Shown here in pieces: positions 1-12,716 of a DNA stretch of 64,000 nt. Numbering within the stretch: position 1 is the stretch's first letter; every line of letters begins with the position of its first letter. The translations under genes were made by a program, and so were the position numbers. Origin of the DNA: Macrostomum lignano (taxonomy: Eukaryota); assembly GCA_002269645.1 (NCBI GenBank), contig NIVC01000270.1, forward strand, positions 191,347 through 255,346, in the 5' to 3' direction. The notes below the pieces were generated by a model. The model ran no database searches. It was not told where the DNA came from and saw only the letters and a program-made list of their open reading frames with translations.

Positions 1-1861
1 GCAGCCGAAGCAGCAGCAGCAAATGCCAACGAGGCAGATGTTGTCGGCCAGCTAGACGAGTCGGAGGTCGCAACCGACCAGCGCGTCGTGGCCAGGCGCA
101 TTCAGATTTTACTGCGCCGAAAGCGCAGCAGCGGCCTCTCATTGCGCGAGCTGAATGACACCTTCGTGCCCAGGGTGCTGGGCGAGCTGCAGTCGCAGGC
201 GCGCCGATTCCACCTGACCACTTGCGCTGATAGCGAGCGAAACGACGGCGGCGGAGTCTGCGTTCGGTTCAGGGTTGAGTACCCAACTGCCTCTGAGTGG
301 CGCGGTGAGCTGAACTGCTCTTTGCAAAGTGCTTGCTAGCAGACTTAAATTTCCGCTGGCAAAATTTGTACGCACACTTCAGGGTGTACATGTAGCTTGA
401 GCACACTTCAGGGAGTACATGTAGGTTGAGCAAACTTCAGGGTGTACATGTAGGTTGAGCACACTTCAGGGTGTACATGTAGGTTGAGCACACTTCAGGG
501 TGTACATGTAGGTTGAGCACACTTCAGGGTGTACATGTAGGTTGAGCACACTTCAGGGTGTACATGTAGGGTTGAGCACACTTCAGGGTGTACATGTAGG
601 GTTGAGAGCACAGTTCAGGGTGTGGGATGAGAGCACAGTTAAGGGTGTGGGATGAGAGCAAGTTCAGGGTGTGAAATAAGAGCACAGTTAAGGGTGTGGG
701 ATGAGAGCAAGTTCAGGGTGTGAAATAAGAGCACAGTTAAGGGTGTGGGATGAGAGCAAGTTCAGGGTGTGAAATAAGAGCACAGTTAAGGGTGTGGGAT
801 GAGAGCAAGTTCAGGGTGTGAAATAAGAGCACAGTTAAGGGTGTGGGATGAGAGCACAGTTCAGGGTGTGGGATGAGAGCACAGTTCAGGGTGTGGGATG
901 AGAGCACAGTTCAGGGTGTGGGATGAGAGCACAGTTCAGGGTGGTTGGTTTAGGTTAGGGCTTTTGTGTCTCCCTTCATGGTAACTTCAGTAGACTCTGA
1001 AGAGAAGACTCTGAACAAGAAGTTTTTCTAAGTGCAAGAACTCTATCAAATAGGAACTTCATGTTTATTGGTAATTTTGTTAGATTTTTAATTTCTGAAT
1101 TTCGCTACCAATTGGACTGGACTAACCGCTGCCACTTTTCTCAAACAGTCCATATCTCTTCACAAGGTATCAGATTTCCACATGGGTGCCTGCTACCTGC
1201 CCGCCTGCTCGGAATTTGCATTAAATTAGTCAGTGCCTACCTGGCACAGCCTGGCCGCCGTCAGGTGCGGGCGGAGTTGCTTCTTATTTAATTTATTCGC
1301 AATCGGCCACTCTCCAGGCAGTGGCTGCGGTTGAATATTCAAATCATGCCCATCTAATCAAGATAAATAAGTCAGCTGCACTCTTTCGAGCTAGCTGTTT
1401 CCTAGAAAGTGGTTGGTTGCTTCTCAATAAGCGCGTGTGTGCGTTCGAATGTCTTAATCATATTTCAGCGAATAATGGATGCCTTATTTATTAAAAGCAT
1501 AAACTATTATCAGTTTGCAAACCTTTATATTCAATTCTGATGCGCTCCAATGGCGCTAAAATGCGCGTTTAATATGTTCACCACTAGCCAGCAGCCCCTA
1601 TGCATGCAATCCACCCCGACAACAGAGCTGCGGGTGGCCGCTCTGCTGCTGCGGCCGCCGGCCAGCCAGCCGGAGCCGGGCGAACTGCGCGCCTTCGCCA
1701 ACCTGGCCGAGGACCGCCTGCGCTCGGTGGAGGGCCTCGACAGCCACTTCGAAGTTACCGCCTTCTGGCGAAACGGCGCCAGCGGCGGTGGCACCGACGG
1801 CGTCACCAAAAATGGCAACGGCAACGGCGGCATCTGGCTCTTCGACTTCGGCGATGGTGGA

Positions 1862-1894
<33 letters not shown>

Positions 1895-2874
1895 CCAAGG
1901 CTGCTCAGAGCGGCTTTACCGGCCGCAGCCGCCGCCGCAGCGGCCCTTGCCCTGGCTGGCCTGCTGGCGCGCCATCTGCGGCGCCGGCGCCGACTTCAAC
2001 AACGCCGCCTTCAGCAGAGCCGTCGCCGCTGCCGACTATGGAGCGTCGAGACCGCGTCCACCTGGGTTGAAGATGGCGACTCCGGTACCGTCAGGAGCGG
2101 CGACTCCTCCGACTCCGAGGCCGAGCCGCACAGCCGCCCCATCCGCTTCCGCGGCAGCTCCAACCGGCCGTTCGTTGACGCCTCCGACGCCGCCGCCAAG
2201 TTCGCCAGCCTGGTCGGCCTGCCGCCGCTGGTCGCCCCAGCCGCCGCTACCCCCGACTTCCAGACCGTCGCGAGCCTGGAGCCCTGGTGGCCGCACGGCT
2301 TCGCCCTGGTTTCGGCGAACGCCGAGCCGACGGCTCTTCTGGCCGGACTGTGGGAGGCCAACTGCACCGTGGTGTGCAGCCTGCGGCCCGCGGCCACCGG
2401 CCTCGACGACGGCGGCGGCCAGTTCCGGCTGTGGGTCTCCGCGCCTCCTGCCACCCGAGCCACACGCTGCGCTACCTGAGCCTGGCCAGCCTGGACTCCA
2501 ACCTGATGAAGCGCCTCACCCTATGCAGCTTCACCGCCGCCTGGGACCCGGCCTCCGGCCTGCCGCTCGGCCGGGCCAACTTCGTCCGGTTCGGCGTCGC
2601 CTGCGCCGCAGCGCTGGCCGCCGCGCCCGACTCCGCCAGGGCGGCCTTCATCGGCCCCGGGCCCGGGCTGGCCGGCTCCGCCCTGCTGCCAGTCTTCCTG
2701 GCCGCTGCCGCCGAGGTTCGACGTAGCCGCAGCTGCGACCTGCTCCGGCTGATCGGCCGGCTGCGCAGGCGGTGCCCGGCTGCCGCGGCCGCCGAGCTGG
2801 GACCCCGGCAGTACGTGTTCCTGCTGGAGTGCCTGCACCTGTACGCCTACCTGCTGCGCCAGAGCGTGCTGTAG
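1..2874 (+). CDS. Receptor-type PTP-like protein (predicted pseudophosphatase), 5' partial; tentative exons 1-304 and 1626-2874 with one frameshift near 2430
   Basis: Frame 1 is open from base 1. Donor G|GTGAGC at 305 and acceptor ACAG| at 1625 join in phase (…SEWR-E-LRVAA…). Then poly-Gly, hydrophobic [20 protein letters not shown] followed by RHLRRRRR (TM + stop-transfer), then PTP-like motifs LWEANCTVVCSL, FTAAWDPASGLP, DLLRLIGRLRRRCP and PRQYVFLLECL. The HCX5R position reads FIGPGPGLAG. The exon junction is inferred. Confidence 0.6.
380..945 (+). repeat. Intronic minisatellite: 29-bp unit CACACTTCAGGGTGTACATGTAGGTTGAG grading into a related 25-bp unit GAGCACAGTTCAGGGTGTGGGATGA
   Basis: Periodicity read directly from the sequence. 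Confidence 0.95.
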
Positions 2875-2994
2875 TTGCTGTGGGCAGCTCAGCTGAATTC
2901 AATCAGCTCGACTATTCAACATCGCGTCGTATTGCATAATTGTCATTGATTTTGAGAATTATTTCAATGTCTCACAATATGAGTCAGACTCTGG

Positions 2995-3730
2995 AGGGGA
3001 GACTGGGAGATTGGGTGAGAGGGAAAATGGGAGAGTGGTAGAGAGACTGGGAGAGTGAGAGACTGGGAGAGTGAGAGACTGGGAGAGAGACTGGGAGAGT
3101 GGGAGACTGGGAGAGTGGGAGAGTGAGAGAGAGACTGGGAGAGAGACTGGGAGAGTGAGAGACTGGGAGAGTGAGAGACTGGGAGAGTGAGAGACTGGGA
3201 GAGTGAGAGACTGGGAGACTGGGAGAGTGGGAGACTGGGAGAGTGGGAGAGTGGGAGAGTGAGAGTGGGAGACTGGGAGACTGGGAGAGTGGGAGAGTGG
3301 GAGACTGGGAGAGGGAGAGACTGGGAGAGTGGGAGAGTGGGAGAGTGGGAGAGTGGGAGAGTGAGAGTGGGAGACTGGGAGACTGGGAGAGTGGGAGAGT
3401 GGGAGAGTGAGAGTGGGAGACTGGGAGAGTGAGAGTGGGAGAGAGACTGGGAGAGAGACTGGGAGAGTGAGAGACTGGAGACTGGGAGAGTGGGAGAGTG
3501 AGAGAGAGACTGGGAGAGAGACTGGGAGAGTGAGAGATTGGGAGAGTGGGAGACTGGGAGAGTGAGAGACTGGGAGAGTGGGAGACTGGGAGAGTGGGAG
3601 ACTGGGAGACTGGGAGAGTGAGACTGGGAGACTGGGAGAGTGAGAGTGGGAGACTGGGAGAGTCGGAGAGTGAGAGGGAGAGAGTGGGAGAGTGGGAGAG
3701 TGAGAGTGGGAGACTGGGAGACTGGGAGAG
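2995..3730 (+). repeat. GA-rich compound repeat (GGGAGAGT / GAGACT variants)
   Basis: Direct inspection; gives the spurious SLSQ/WESGR ORFs. Confidence 0.95.
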
Positions 3731-4504
3731 TCGCACAAATTATATTCACATCACCGCACATAAATATTTTCATGTTTTGCTCATTTTCACAGAATCTCGA
3801 TGCTCCGACGCCCCATAGCAAATTACAAACGAGCTCTGCTTTAACGGAGAAAATTATCATCATAAAAATTAGGCCACCTGAATTTTTTTGCAATATCAAC
3901 ATAAACAGAGAAGCGCGCGCTCTGTTGGTTAATTGTAGCAATTTATTAATTTAAATTATAAAAAAGATTATAACATTTTTTCACGTTTTTAAAGGCCTTT
4001 GCAATCGAAATAAATAAGCGATATTCCTATGGATATAGATAGTAAAGAAAGTTAGCAAAATTTCAGTTTCACTTCTTTTTAAACAACTTTAGAAGCCGCG
4101 ATGGGGTTAAAAAATAAAATTGATTCGCAAATAGCTGCACGGATTACAGAGACGGCGGGACAGAGATTACAAATAGCTCTCTCATTGGCCCCTGAGCTGC
4201 CAGCCAATCAGGAGGAAGCGGAGGAGGTGGTGGGTTGACAGCGAAGGCACAGTAAAGGCCGGTGCGATTTAAGGATTAAAAAAGTTAACGCGTGGCTACT
4301 CGCAGTAACTACATGAACATTGAGAACAGCAGGCACTGTTAGTATCGAAAAAATTAAAGCATTTCAAAGCTAATCGAATGGGGAAATCTGTTCTATTCAC
4401 CAATCTGGTTTAGCTATTGTACAGCGGCGTATGGAATTTGCGTACTTAAGCACTTGACACACTGCGGCGGTTTACTAAGTAGTAGAACTGTGTGCCCTCA
4501 CGCC

Positions 4505-5125
4505 TCTGCTCTCTCTCTCACCCTGCAGCAACTGCTCTCTCTCACCCTGCAGCCACTGCTCTCTCTCACCCTGCAACCCCTGCTCTCTCTCACCCTGCAG
4601 CCACTGCTCTCTCACCCTGCAGCCACTGCTCTCTCTCACCCTGCAACCCCTGCTCTCTCTCACCCTGCAGCCCCTGCTCTCTCTCACCCTGCAGCCACTG
4701 CTCTCTCTCACCCTGCAGCCACTGCTCTCTCTCTCACCCTGCAGCCACTGCTCTCTCTCACCCTGCAGCCACTGCTCTCTCCCACCCTGCAGCCACTGCT
4801 CTCTCTCACCCTGCAGCCACTGCTCTCTCTCACCCTGCAGCCACTGCTCTCTCCCACCCTGCAGCCACTGCTCTCTCTCACCCTGCAGCCACTGCTCTCT
4901 CTCACCCTGCAGCCACTGCTCTCTCTCACCCTGCAGCCTCTGCTCTCTCTCACCCTGCAACCACTGCTCTCTCTCACCCTGCAGCCACTGCTCTCTCTCA
5001 CCCTGCAGCCACTGCTCTCTCCCACCCTGCAGCCACTGCTCTCTCTCACCCTGCAGCCACTGCTCTCTCTCACCCTGCAGCCACTGCTCTCTCCCACCCT
5101 GCAGCCACTGTTCTCTCTCACCCTG
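4505..5125 (+). repeat. 24-bp minisatellite CTCTCTCTCACCCTGCAGCCACTG
   Basis: Direct inspection. Confidence 0.95.
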
Positions 5126-6084
5126 CTGTCACAGGCTGCAACCCCTGCTGTCACAGGCTGCAACCCCTGCCGCAGTCACATGCCGTCTGCCCACACTGCC
5201 GCGGAGTACATGGCGCATAGAACGCAAGCAGAATAAAGCAATCGCACAGCCATACCAGTACAAAACAAAGATAGCTGCGCGCACTAGGAGAAAACTGAGA
5301 GCAAAAACGTGATAAGTAGAGAAGAGAAAACAAAGATTTGCTTTGCTACAACTTGTTGGCAATAAAGAAGCGACACACCACACAAGCCATAACAATTTCC
5401 TGTTTTGGCCAACCTGCAGATAAAAGCAATCAACAAATAATCGATAAAACTAATTAATGTTCAGCAGCACACAAGAGAGATTAGAATAATAGTAAGGGGA
5501 AAACAGCAGCAAGTTAAAGCGAGAGATTGACAAAGCGAAAACAATCACTTGTACAGATTTGTACAAGCAATAAAAATTCAGACCAATGCCCGAAATTCAC
5601 AGATTTGCGCACAGCAGTAAATAAATAAGGAAAAATACTGCTTCTGCTGCTGAAATTCAAATTCAAAACAAAATGGAGACGTACAGAATAAAAAAATTGA
5701 ATACGAGTTAAAATTGCGCACTGGAAATGTTATACTACTTACTTTAAAAGCAGAGTTTTTATCGCAACATGTGCAAAGCAAAAATCTTAGTAGTATTAAC
5801 GCATTTTATCATATAACTTTAAACTGCCTACTGAAACCACTGGCACTGTACATGGGAGAAAAACAAACAAAGCAGTAATGCCGCGTCTACTAGAGATCAG
5901 TTCAATGGAAGGTTTCAATTGTATGCGGGTTAATCACAGATTTTACACACAGTTCCAGGTGCTAAACAGGCATTTGTGCAATCGGGGTAATGCCCAGATA
6001 AAATATATACCCCCTTCAGGAACTAAAGCAGAAAATATAAGCGAAGTTTTGATAGCATCGACAAGAAATACAGAGCCACATCAA

Positions 6085-6995
6085 ACATACAGAACTGTCT
6101 ACAGCATCATACTGAACTGTCTACAGCATCATACAGAACTGTCTACAGCATCATACTGAACTGTCTACAGTAGCATACAGAACTGTCTACAGTAGCATAC
6201 AGAACTGTCTACAGTAGCATACAGAACTGTCTACAGTATCATACAGAACTGTCTACAGTAGCATACAGAACTGTCTACAGTATCATACAGAACTGTCTAC
6301 AGTATCATACAGAACTGTCTACAGTAGCATACAGAACTGTCTACAGTATCATACAGAACTGTCTACAGTATCATACAGAACTGTCTACAGCAGCATACAG
6401 AACTGTCTACAGTATCATACAGAACTGTCTACAGTATCATACAGAACTGTCTACAGCAGCATACAGAACTGTCTACAGTATCATACAGAACTGTCTACAG
6501 TATCATACAGAACTGTCTACAGCAGCATACAGAACTGTCTACAGTATCATACAGAACTGTCTACAGTATCATACAGAACTGTCTACAGTATCATACAGAA
6601 CTGTCTACAGTATCATACAGAACTGTCTACAGTAGCATACAGAACTGTCTACAGTATCATACAGAACTGTCTACAGTAGCATACAGAACTGTCTACAGTA
6701 GCATACAGAACTGTCTACAGTAGCATACAGAACTGTCTACAGCAGCATACAGAACTATCTACAGTAGCATACAGAACTGTCTACAGTATCATACAGAACT
6801 GTCTACAGTATCACACAGAACTGTCTACAGTATCATACAGAACTGTCTACAGTATCATACAGAACTGTCTACAGCATCATACAGAACTGTCTACAGTATC
6901 ATACAGAACTGTCTACAGCAGCATACAGAACTGTCTACAGTATCATACAGAACTGTCTACAGCAGCATACAGAACTGTCTACAGCATCACACAGA
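6085..6995 (+). repeat. 22-bp minisatellite CAGAACTGTCTACAGTAGCATA
   Basis: Direct inspection. Confidence 0.95.
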
Positions 6996-7220
6996 ACAAT
7001 TTACAGGACATTCTACAACGTCATTCAAAGAACAAAGACTCACTATAGCTAAGCAAATGAGGCTCGCTAACAAAAATTGGTGTCAGTAAATATGATATTA
7101 GTGCATTAATAATGGATAATTGAAACTAGCTGCAATAACCTGGCAACAGCTAAATAATGATAATGAGAAATTACACAAATTAAACTAAAAGCCTATATAA
7201 AAACTCGCCAGCACGGGGGG

Positions 7221-7678
7221 TCACCACAGCTCCAGCGGTTGCAGGGCCGGGGCGGCCGATACCCGCTCGTGTAGGCGAAACTTCTGGCTGATCACAGTGC
7301 GCACGTCTGTGTCCTGCGCGGGCCAGGATAGGGGAAATACGCTTGTTAGGTTAGCTATATGCCGATATGTTTTGTAGTTTAACATCTACTAACAACCCAC
7401 CTGACTAGCAATCAACTCCAGGAAGGGTAGCAACTTGAAGAGCTCCCGATCCTCGGAGTCTGTGTACCACGACGAGATGGGGATGCCGTTGCTGAGCTGA
7501 TAAGCGAACGCCTGAGGCGAATTGTCCACGATCACTGTGGCGGACATGTCCCGGTCCAGGATGCTCAGGTCTTTGATGTAGTTGCCCTGGACTGACACGC
7601 AGTGCTCGCGGAATAGCCGGTGCCTGCGGCGCGAGATTGGCGATGAAGGGACTGAGTGAGGGCCTGAGACAGACAGTC

Positions 7679-7711
<33 letters not shown>

Positions 7712-7894
7712 GGCACTAAGACAGACAGGCAGACAGACAGACAGGCACTAAGACAGATAGACAGACACTAAGACAGACAGACAGTCAGACAGACACTAAG
7801 ACAGACAGACAGACAGACAGACTGACAGACAGGCACTAAGACAGACAGGCAGACAGACAGACAGACAGGCACTAAGACAGACAGACAGACACTA

Positions 7895-7943
<49 letters not shown>

Positions 7944-8050
7944 CTAAGACAGGTAGACAGACAGACAGACAGGCAGGCAGACAGACAGACAGGCAGGCAG
8001 GCAGACAGACAGACAGACACGCAGACAGACAGACAGACAGGCAGGCAGGC

Positions 8051-8083
<33 letters not shown>

Positions 8084-11000
8084 CGCAGACAGACAGACAG
8101 CCCAGCTGCACCTGATGAAGCGCTTCTCCGGGTCCAGGATGTCCAGCAGGGCGTCCGCATAGTCACGGATGCTGGCAGTGAACAGCACCACCTCGAACAG
8201 CTGGGAGACTCTGTGCAGGAATTCATGAAAGCCGGGCCTCAGCTTCACGTGCACCTTGTACTCAACAAACTCGAATGAGACAGGGAAGGTGAGATCGGCG
8301 CCGTGCAGGAAGTTGTCCACGCTGGAGTGCACCAGCGTCTCATCCAAGTCCAGCACCAGGGTGCATCGCGGAGTCCGGCGGGTCTTTTTCGGCAGCACCG
8401 GGATGCGCTGGGGGCTGGCCGGCGGCGCCGGCGGGAGGCTGCGGATGAAGCTGAACCTGAAAATTTATTTTAAAATGCTACACTGTACATGAAACGTATA
8501 AAAGTAAGTTGATTAAAAGGGCCTGTTCTCTGAACTTGGTGCACTGGTTTAGTGGTGGGTAATTCATAGATAAAATAAATACCTGCACAAATAAACAGAA
8601 TGTGCAGCTTTGATTAGGGAATGTGCAGGTTAGATTAGGGAATGTGCAGGTTAGATTAGGGAATGTGCAGCTTTGATTAGGGAATGTGCAGCTTTGATTA
8701 GGGAAAGTGCAAGTTTGATTAGGGAATGTACAGGTTTGATTAGGGAATGTGCAGGTTTGATTAGGTTATGTGCAGGTTTGATTAGGGAATGTGCAGGTTT
8801 GATTAGGTTATGTGCAGGTTTGATTAGGGAATGTGCAGGTTTGATTAGGGAATGTGCAGGTTTGATTAGGGAATGTGCAGGTTTGATTAGGGAATGTGCA
8901 GGTTTGATTAGGGAATGTACAGGTTTGATTAGGGAATGTACAGGTTTGATTAGGGAATGTGCAGGTTTGATTAGGGAATGTGCAGGTTTGATTAGGGAAT
9001 GTGCAGGTTTAGTCAGGGAATGTGCAGGTTTAGTCAGGGAATGTGCAGGTTTAGTCAGGGAATGTGCAGGTTTAGTCAGGGAATGTGCAGGTTTAGTCAG
9101 GGAATGTGCAGGTTTGATTAGGGAATGTGCAGGTTTGATTAGGGAATGTGCAGGTTTGATTAGGGAATGTGCAGGTTTAGTCAGGGAATGTGCAGGTTTA
9201 GTCAGGGAATGTGCAGGTTTAGTCAGGGAATGTGCAGGTTTGATTATGGAATGTGCAGGTTTGATTAGGTTATGTGCAGGTTTGATTAGGTTATGTGCAG
9301 GTTTGATTAGGTTATGTGCAAGTTTGATTAGGGAATGTGCAGCTTTGATTAGGGAATGTGCAGCTTTGATTAGGGAATGTGCAGGTTAGATTAGGGAATG
9401 TGCAGCTTTGATTAGGGAATGTGCAGGTTAGATTAGGGAAAGTGCAAGTTTGATTATGGAATGTGCAGGTTTGATTAGGTTATGTGCAGGTTTGATTAGG
9501 GAATGTGCAGGTTTGATTAGGGAATGTACAGGTTTGATTAGGTTATGTGCAGGTTTGATTAGGGAATGTGCAGGTTTGATTAGGGAATGTACAGGTTTGA
9601 TTAGGGAATGTGCAGGTTTGATTAGGGAATGTACAGGTTTGATTAGGGAATGTGCAGGTTTGATTAGGGAATGTGCAGGTTTGATTAAGGAATGTGCAGG
9701 TTTGATTAGGGAATGTGCAGGTTTAGTCAGGGAATGTGCAGGTTTAGTCAGGGAATGTGCAGGTTTAGTCAGGGAATGTGCAGGTTTAGTCAGGGAATGT
9801 GCAGGTTTAGTCAGGGAATGTGCAGGTTTGATTAGGGAATGTGCAGGTTTGATTAGGGAATGTGCAGGTTTGATTAGGGAATGTGCAGGTTTAGTCAGGG
9901 AATGTGCAGGTTTAGTCAGGGAATGTGCAGGTTTAGTCAGGGAATGTGCAGGTTTGATTATGGAATGTGCAGGTTTGATTAGGTTATGTGCAGGTTTGAT
10001 TAGGTTATGTGCAGGTTTGATTAGGTTATGTGCAAGTTTGATTAGGGAATGTGCAGCTTTGATTAGGGAATGTGCAGGTTAGATTAGGGAATGTGCAGCT
10101 TTGATTAGGGAATGTGCAGGTTAGATTAGGGAAAGTGCAAGTTTGATTATGGAATGTGCAGGTTTGATTAGGTTATGTGCAGGTTTGATTAGGGAATGTG
10201 CAGGTTTGATTAGGGAATGTACAGGTTTGATTAGGTTATGTGCAGGTTTGATTAGGGAATGTGCAGGTTTGATTAGGGAATGTACAGGTTTGATTAGGGA
10301 ATGTGCAGGTTTGATTAGGGAATGTACAGGTTTGATTAGGGAATGTGCAGGTTTGATTAGGGAATGTGCAGGTTTGATTAAGGAATGTGCAGGTTTGATT
10401 AGGGAATGTGCAGGTTTAGTCAGGGAATGTGCAGGTTTAGTCAGGGAATGTGCAGGTTTAGTCAGGGAATGTGCAGGTTTAGTCAGGGAATGTGCAGGTT
10501 TAGTCAGGGAATGTGCAGGTTTGATTAGGGAATGTGCAGGTTTGATTAGGGAATGTGCAGGTTTAGTCAGGGAATGTGCAGGTTTAGTCAGGGAATGTGC
10601 AGGTTTAGTCAGGGAATGTGCAGGTTTGATTAGGGAATGTGCAGGTTTAGTCAGGGAATGTGCAGGTTTGATTAGGGAATGTGCAGGTTTAGTCAGGGAA
10701 TGTGCAGGTTTAGTCAGGGAATGTGCAGGTTTAGTCAGGGAATGTGCAGGTTTGATTAGGGAATGTGCAGGTTTAGTCAGGGAATGTGCAGGTTTGATTA
10801 GGGAATGTGCAGGTTTAGTCAGGGAATGTGCAGGTTTAGTCAGAGCAAGTGAAACCTGTCGAGTCTCTAGAAGATCAGACAAGGTGAACTGAGGGCACTC
10901 ACGGATCCAAGTAGTCTTTAGTGGCGGTGCCGGCACAATAGCTGTACTCCTCCGGATCGGTGTACTTCCTAGCCAGCAGCTGCTCATGCTCGCTGCTAGC

Positions 11001-11669
11001 TAGAGGATTTTTACAAGCCATGGCGTTCTCGTCAGTGACTGGCGGCTGAGTCGGCTCCTCAATTGGTGCGGCGCCGTCGCCGGCTCCGTCGTTGGCACCG
11101 ACGGCCGTGGCTTCAATCTCTTCCTCTTCGGCCTCCTCCTCGGAGCCGCCATCGTCCGAGGATTCGCCGCTGTCGGGCGCCGGCAGCTCCTTGTCGGCCG
11201 GTGCTGGCGCAGTAATGTTAGCGGCTGTTGCTAAGGAAGCCAAATCGACCGAATGATGCACGAGGCAGCGACGCCGGGACAGCAGGCGAGTCGGGTTTCG
11301 TCCACGACGCCGCTGCTTGGTTGTCCGCTCCGCCGCCAGCTGCTGCTTCCTGCTGCCAGAATTATTATTGTCATCGTTGCCAGCCGCGTCAACAGCAGCT
11401 GGCGTCGGATCTTCGAATGCCGGCGAGAACAGCCGGCCGTGCAGGTGAGTTCTGGTCCGCTTCGGCGTGCCAGCAGCTTTGGCGGCGCACGACGGCGAGG
11501 ATGAAACGCCAACCTGTTGAGGCGGCGGGCGGCGAATCCGACGAAGGCGGTGCTGCTGCTGCTGTTGAGCGGCTGAAGTGATGAAGGAGACACTGCCGCC
11601 GCCGCCGCCGCTGCCGCAGACCTTGGCCGGAGCAGTCTGGATCCTGTGCAGCCTTGCGTGTCCGAGCAT
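7221..11669 (-). CDS. CTDSPL2: CTD small phosphatase-like protein 2 (FCP/SCP family HAD phosphatase); exons 11669-10903, 8456-8112, 7623-7401, 7313-7221
   Basis: [12 protein letters not shown] (DxDxT intact), VKLRPG, VLFTAS…[58 protein letters not shown] and [14 protein letters not shown]. All three introns are GT-AG and phases match (YLDP|FSFIRSLPP). Long low-complexity N-terminus as in CTDSPL2. Confidence 0.9.
7665..8100 (+). repeat. (GACA)n compound microsatellite with CACTAA/GGCA interruptions, CTDSPL2 intron 2
   Basis: Direct inspection. Confidence 0.95.
8610..10845 (+). repeat. 21-bp minisatellite TTGATTAGGGAATGTGCAGGT with higher-order blocks, CTDSPL2 intron 1
   Basis: About 2.2 kb. 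The rare variant GAAAGTGCAAGTTTG recurs at about 8703, 9438 and 10131. Confidence 0.95.
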
Positions 11670-11869
11670 TCTTTGATCTGGTCTGGGCTGCCCGGCGGAA
11701 CCAACGTTCCAGAGATTGGTTGTTTTATAAGGAGGGAGATTTATCCCAGTCTGCTCTCTTTATCGCTGGCCGCTAGAATCAAAGTGTTGATACTAGCCGC
11801 TGGAATGTAAATTTATAGAGGCAAATTCTAATTCAATGGAAAGAAATTATATATATTTTTCTAACTGGA

Positions 11870-12165
11870 ACAGTCAGAGACGAGCTGGCTATTCTGTTTC
11901 TATCCCAGCCAATCATAGTCGAGCTGGTTACTCTTTTTTGCATACCAGCCAATCAGAGTCGAGCTGGTTACTCTTTTTTGCATACCAGCCAATCAGAGTC
12001 GAGCTGGTTACTCTTTTTTTCTATCCCAGCCAATAAGAGACGAGCTGGTTATTCTTTTTTCCAGCCAATTAGAGTCGAGCTGGTCATTCTTTTTCCATCC
12101 CAGCCAATCAGAGACGAGCTGGCTACTCCTACTTTTATCCGGGCCAATCGGGGACGAGCTGGATA
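11870..12165 (+). promoter_or_regulatory. ~40-bp tandem array, most units carrying AGCCAATC/GCCAAT (CCAAT-box-like), upstream of CTDSPL2; one further unit at ~12725-12765
   Basis: Unit GAGCTGGTTACTCTTTTTTGCATACCAGCCAATCAGAGTC, about 7 copies, 200-500 bp upstream of the ATG. Regulatory function is inferred. Confidence 0.4.
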
Positions 12166-12173
12166 CAATTTTT

Positions 12174-12716
12174 GGGTCACTTTCACAAGCGCTAATTTTC
12201 ATAACCGCTAACGACATTGACTTTCACAAGCGCTAAATTTCACAAGCGCTAAACTTCATAATAGCTAAAAATTTGCCGCCTACTTTCACAAGCGCTAAAC
12301 TTCACAAGCGCTAAACTTCACAAGCGCTAAACTTCACATTAGCTACAAATTTGTCACCTACTTTTACAAGCGCTAAACTTCACAAACGCTAACCTTTACA
12401 ATCCCCAAAACACGAATGTCGGCTTCTTTTACAAGCGCTAAAATGTTGATATTTTATATTTTATGTTGATAACACTATATATAATAATATACTAATACTA
12501 ATATGCTATACTAATATACTAATATACTATTTTAGCGCTTGTGAAAGTAGGCGACATTTGTGTTTTAGCGGTTGTGAACTTTAGCGTTTGTGAAGTTTAG
12601 CGCTTGTAAAAGTAGGTGACAAATTCGTAGCTAATGTGAAGTTTAGCGCTTGTGAAGTTTAGCGCTTGTGAAAGTGAGTTAGCGCTTATGAAAATTAGCG
12701 CTTGTGAAGCCTCCCC
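12174..12716. mobile_element. Non-autonomous foldback/MITE with GGG…CCC ends and subterminal TTCACAAGCGCTAA repeats
   Basis: Left end GGGTCACTTTCACAAGCGCTAATTTTCATAA matches reverse complement of right end GGGGAGGCTTCACAAGCGCTAATTTTCATAA. 8-bp direct flank CAATTTTT at 12166-12173 and 12717-12724. AT-rich centre. Confidence 0.85.
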
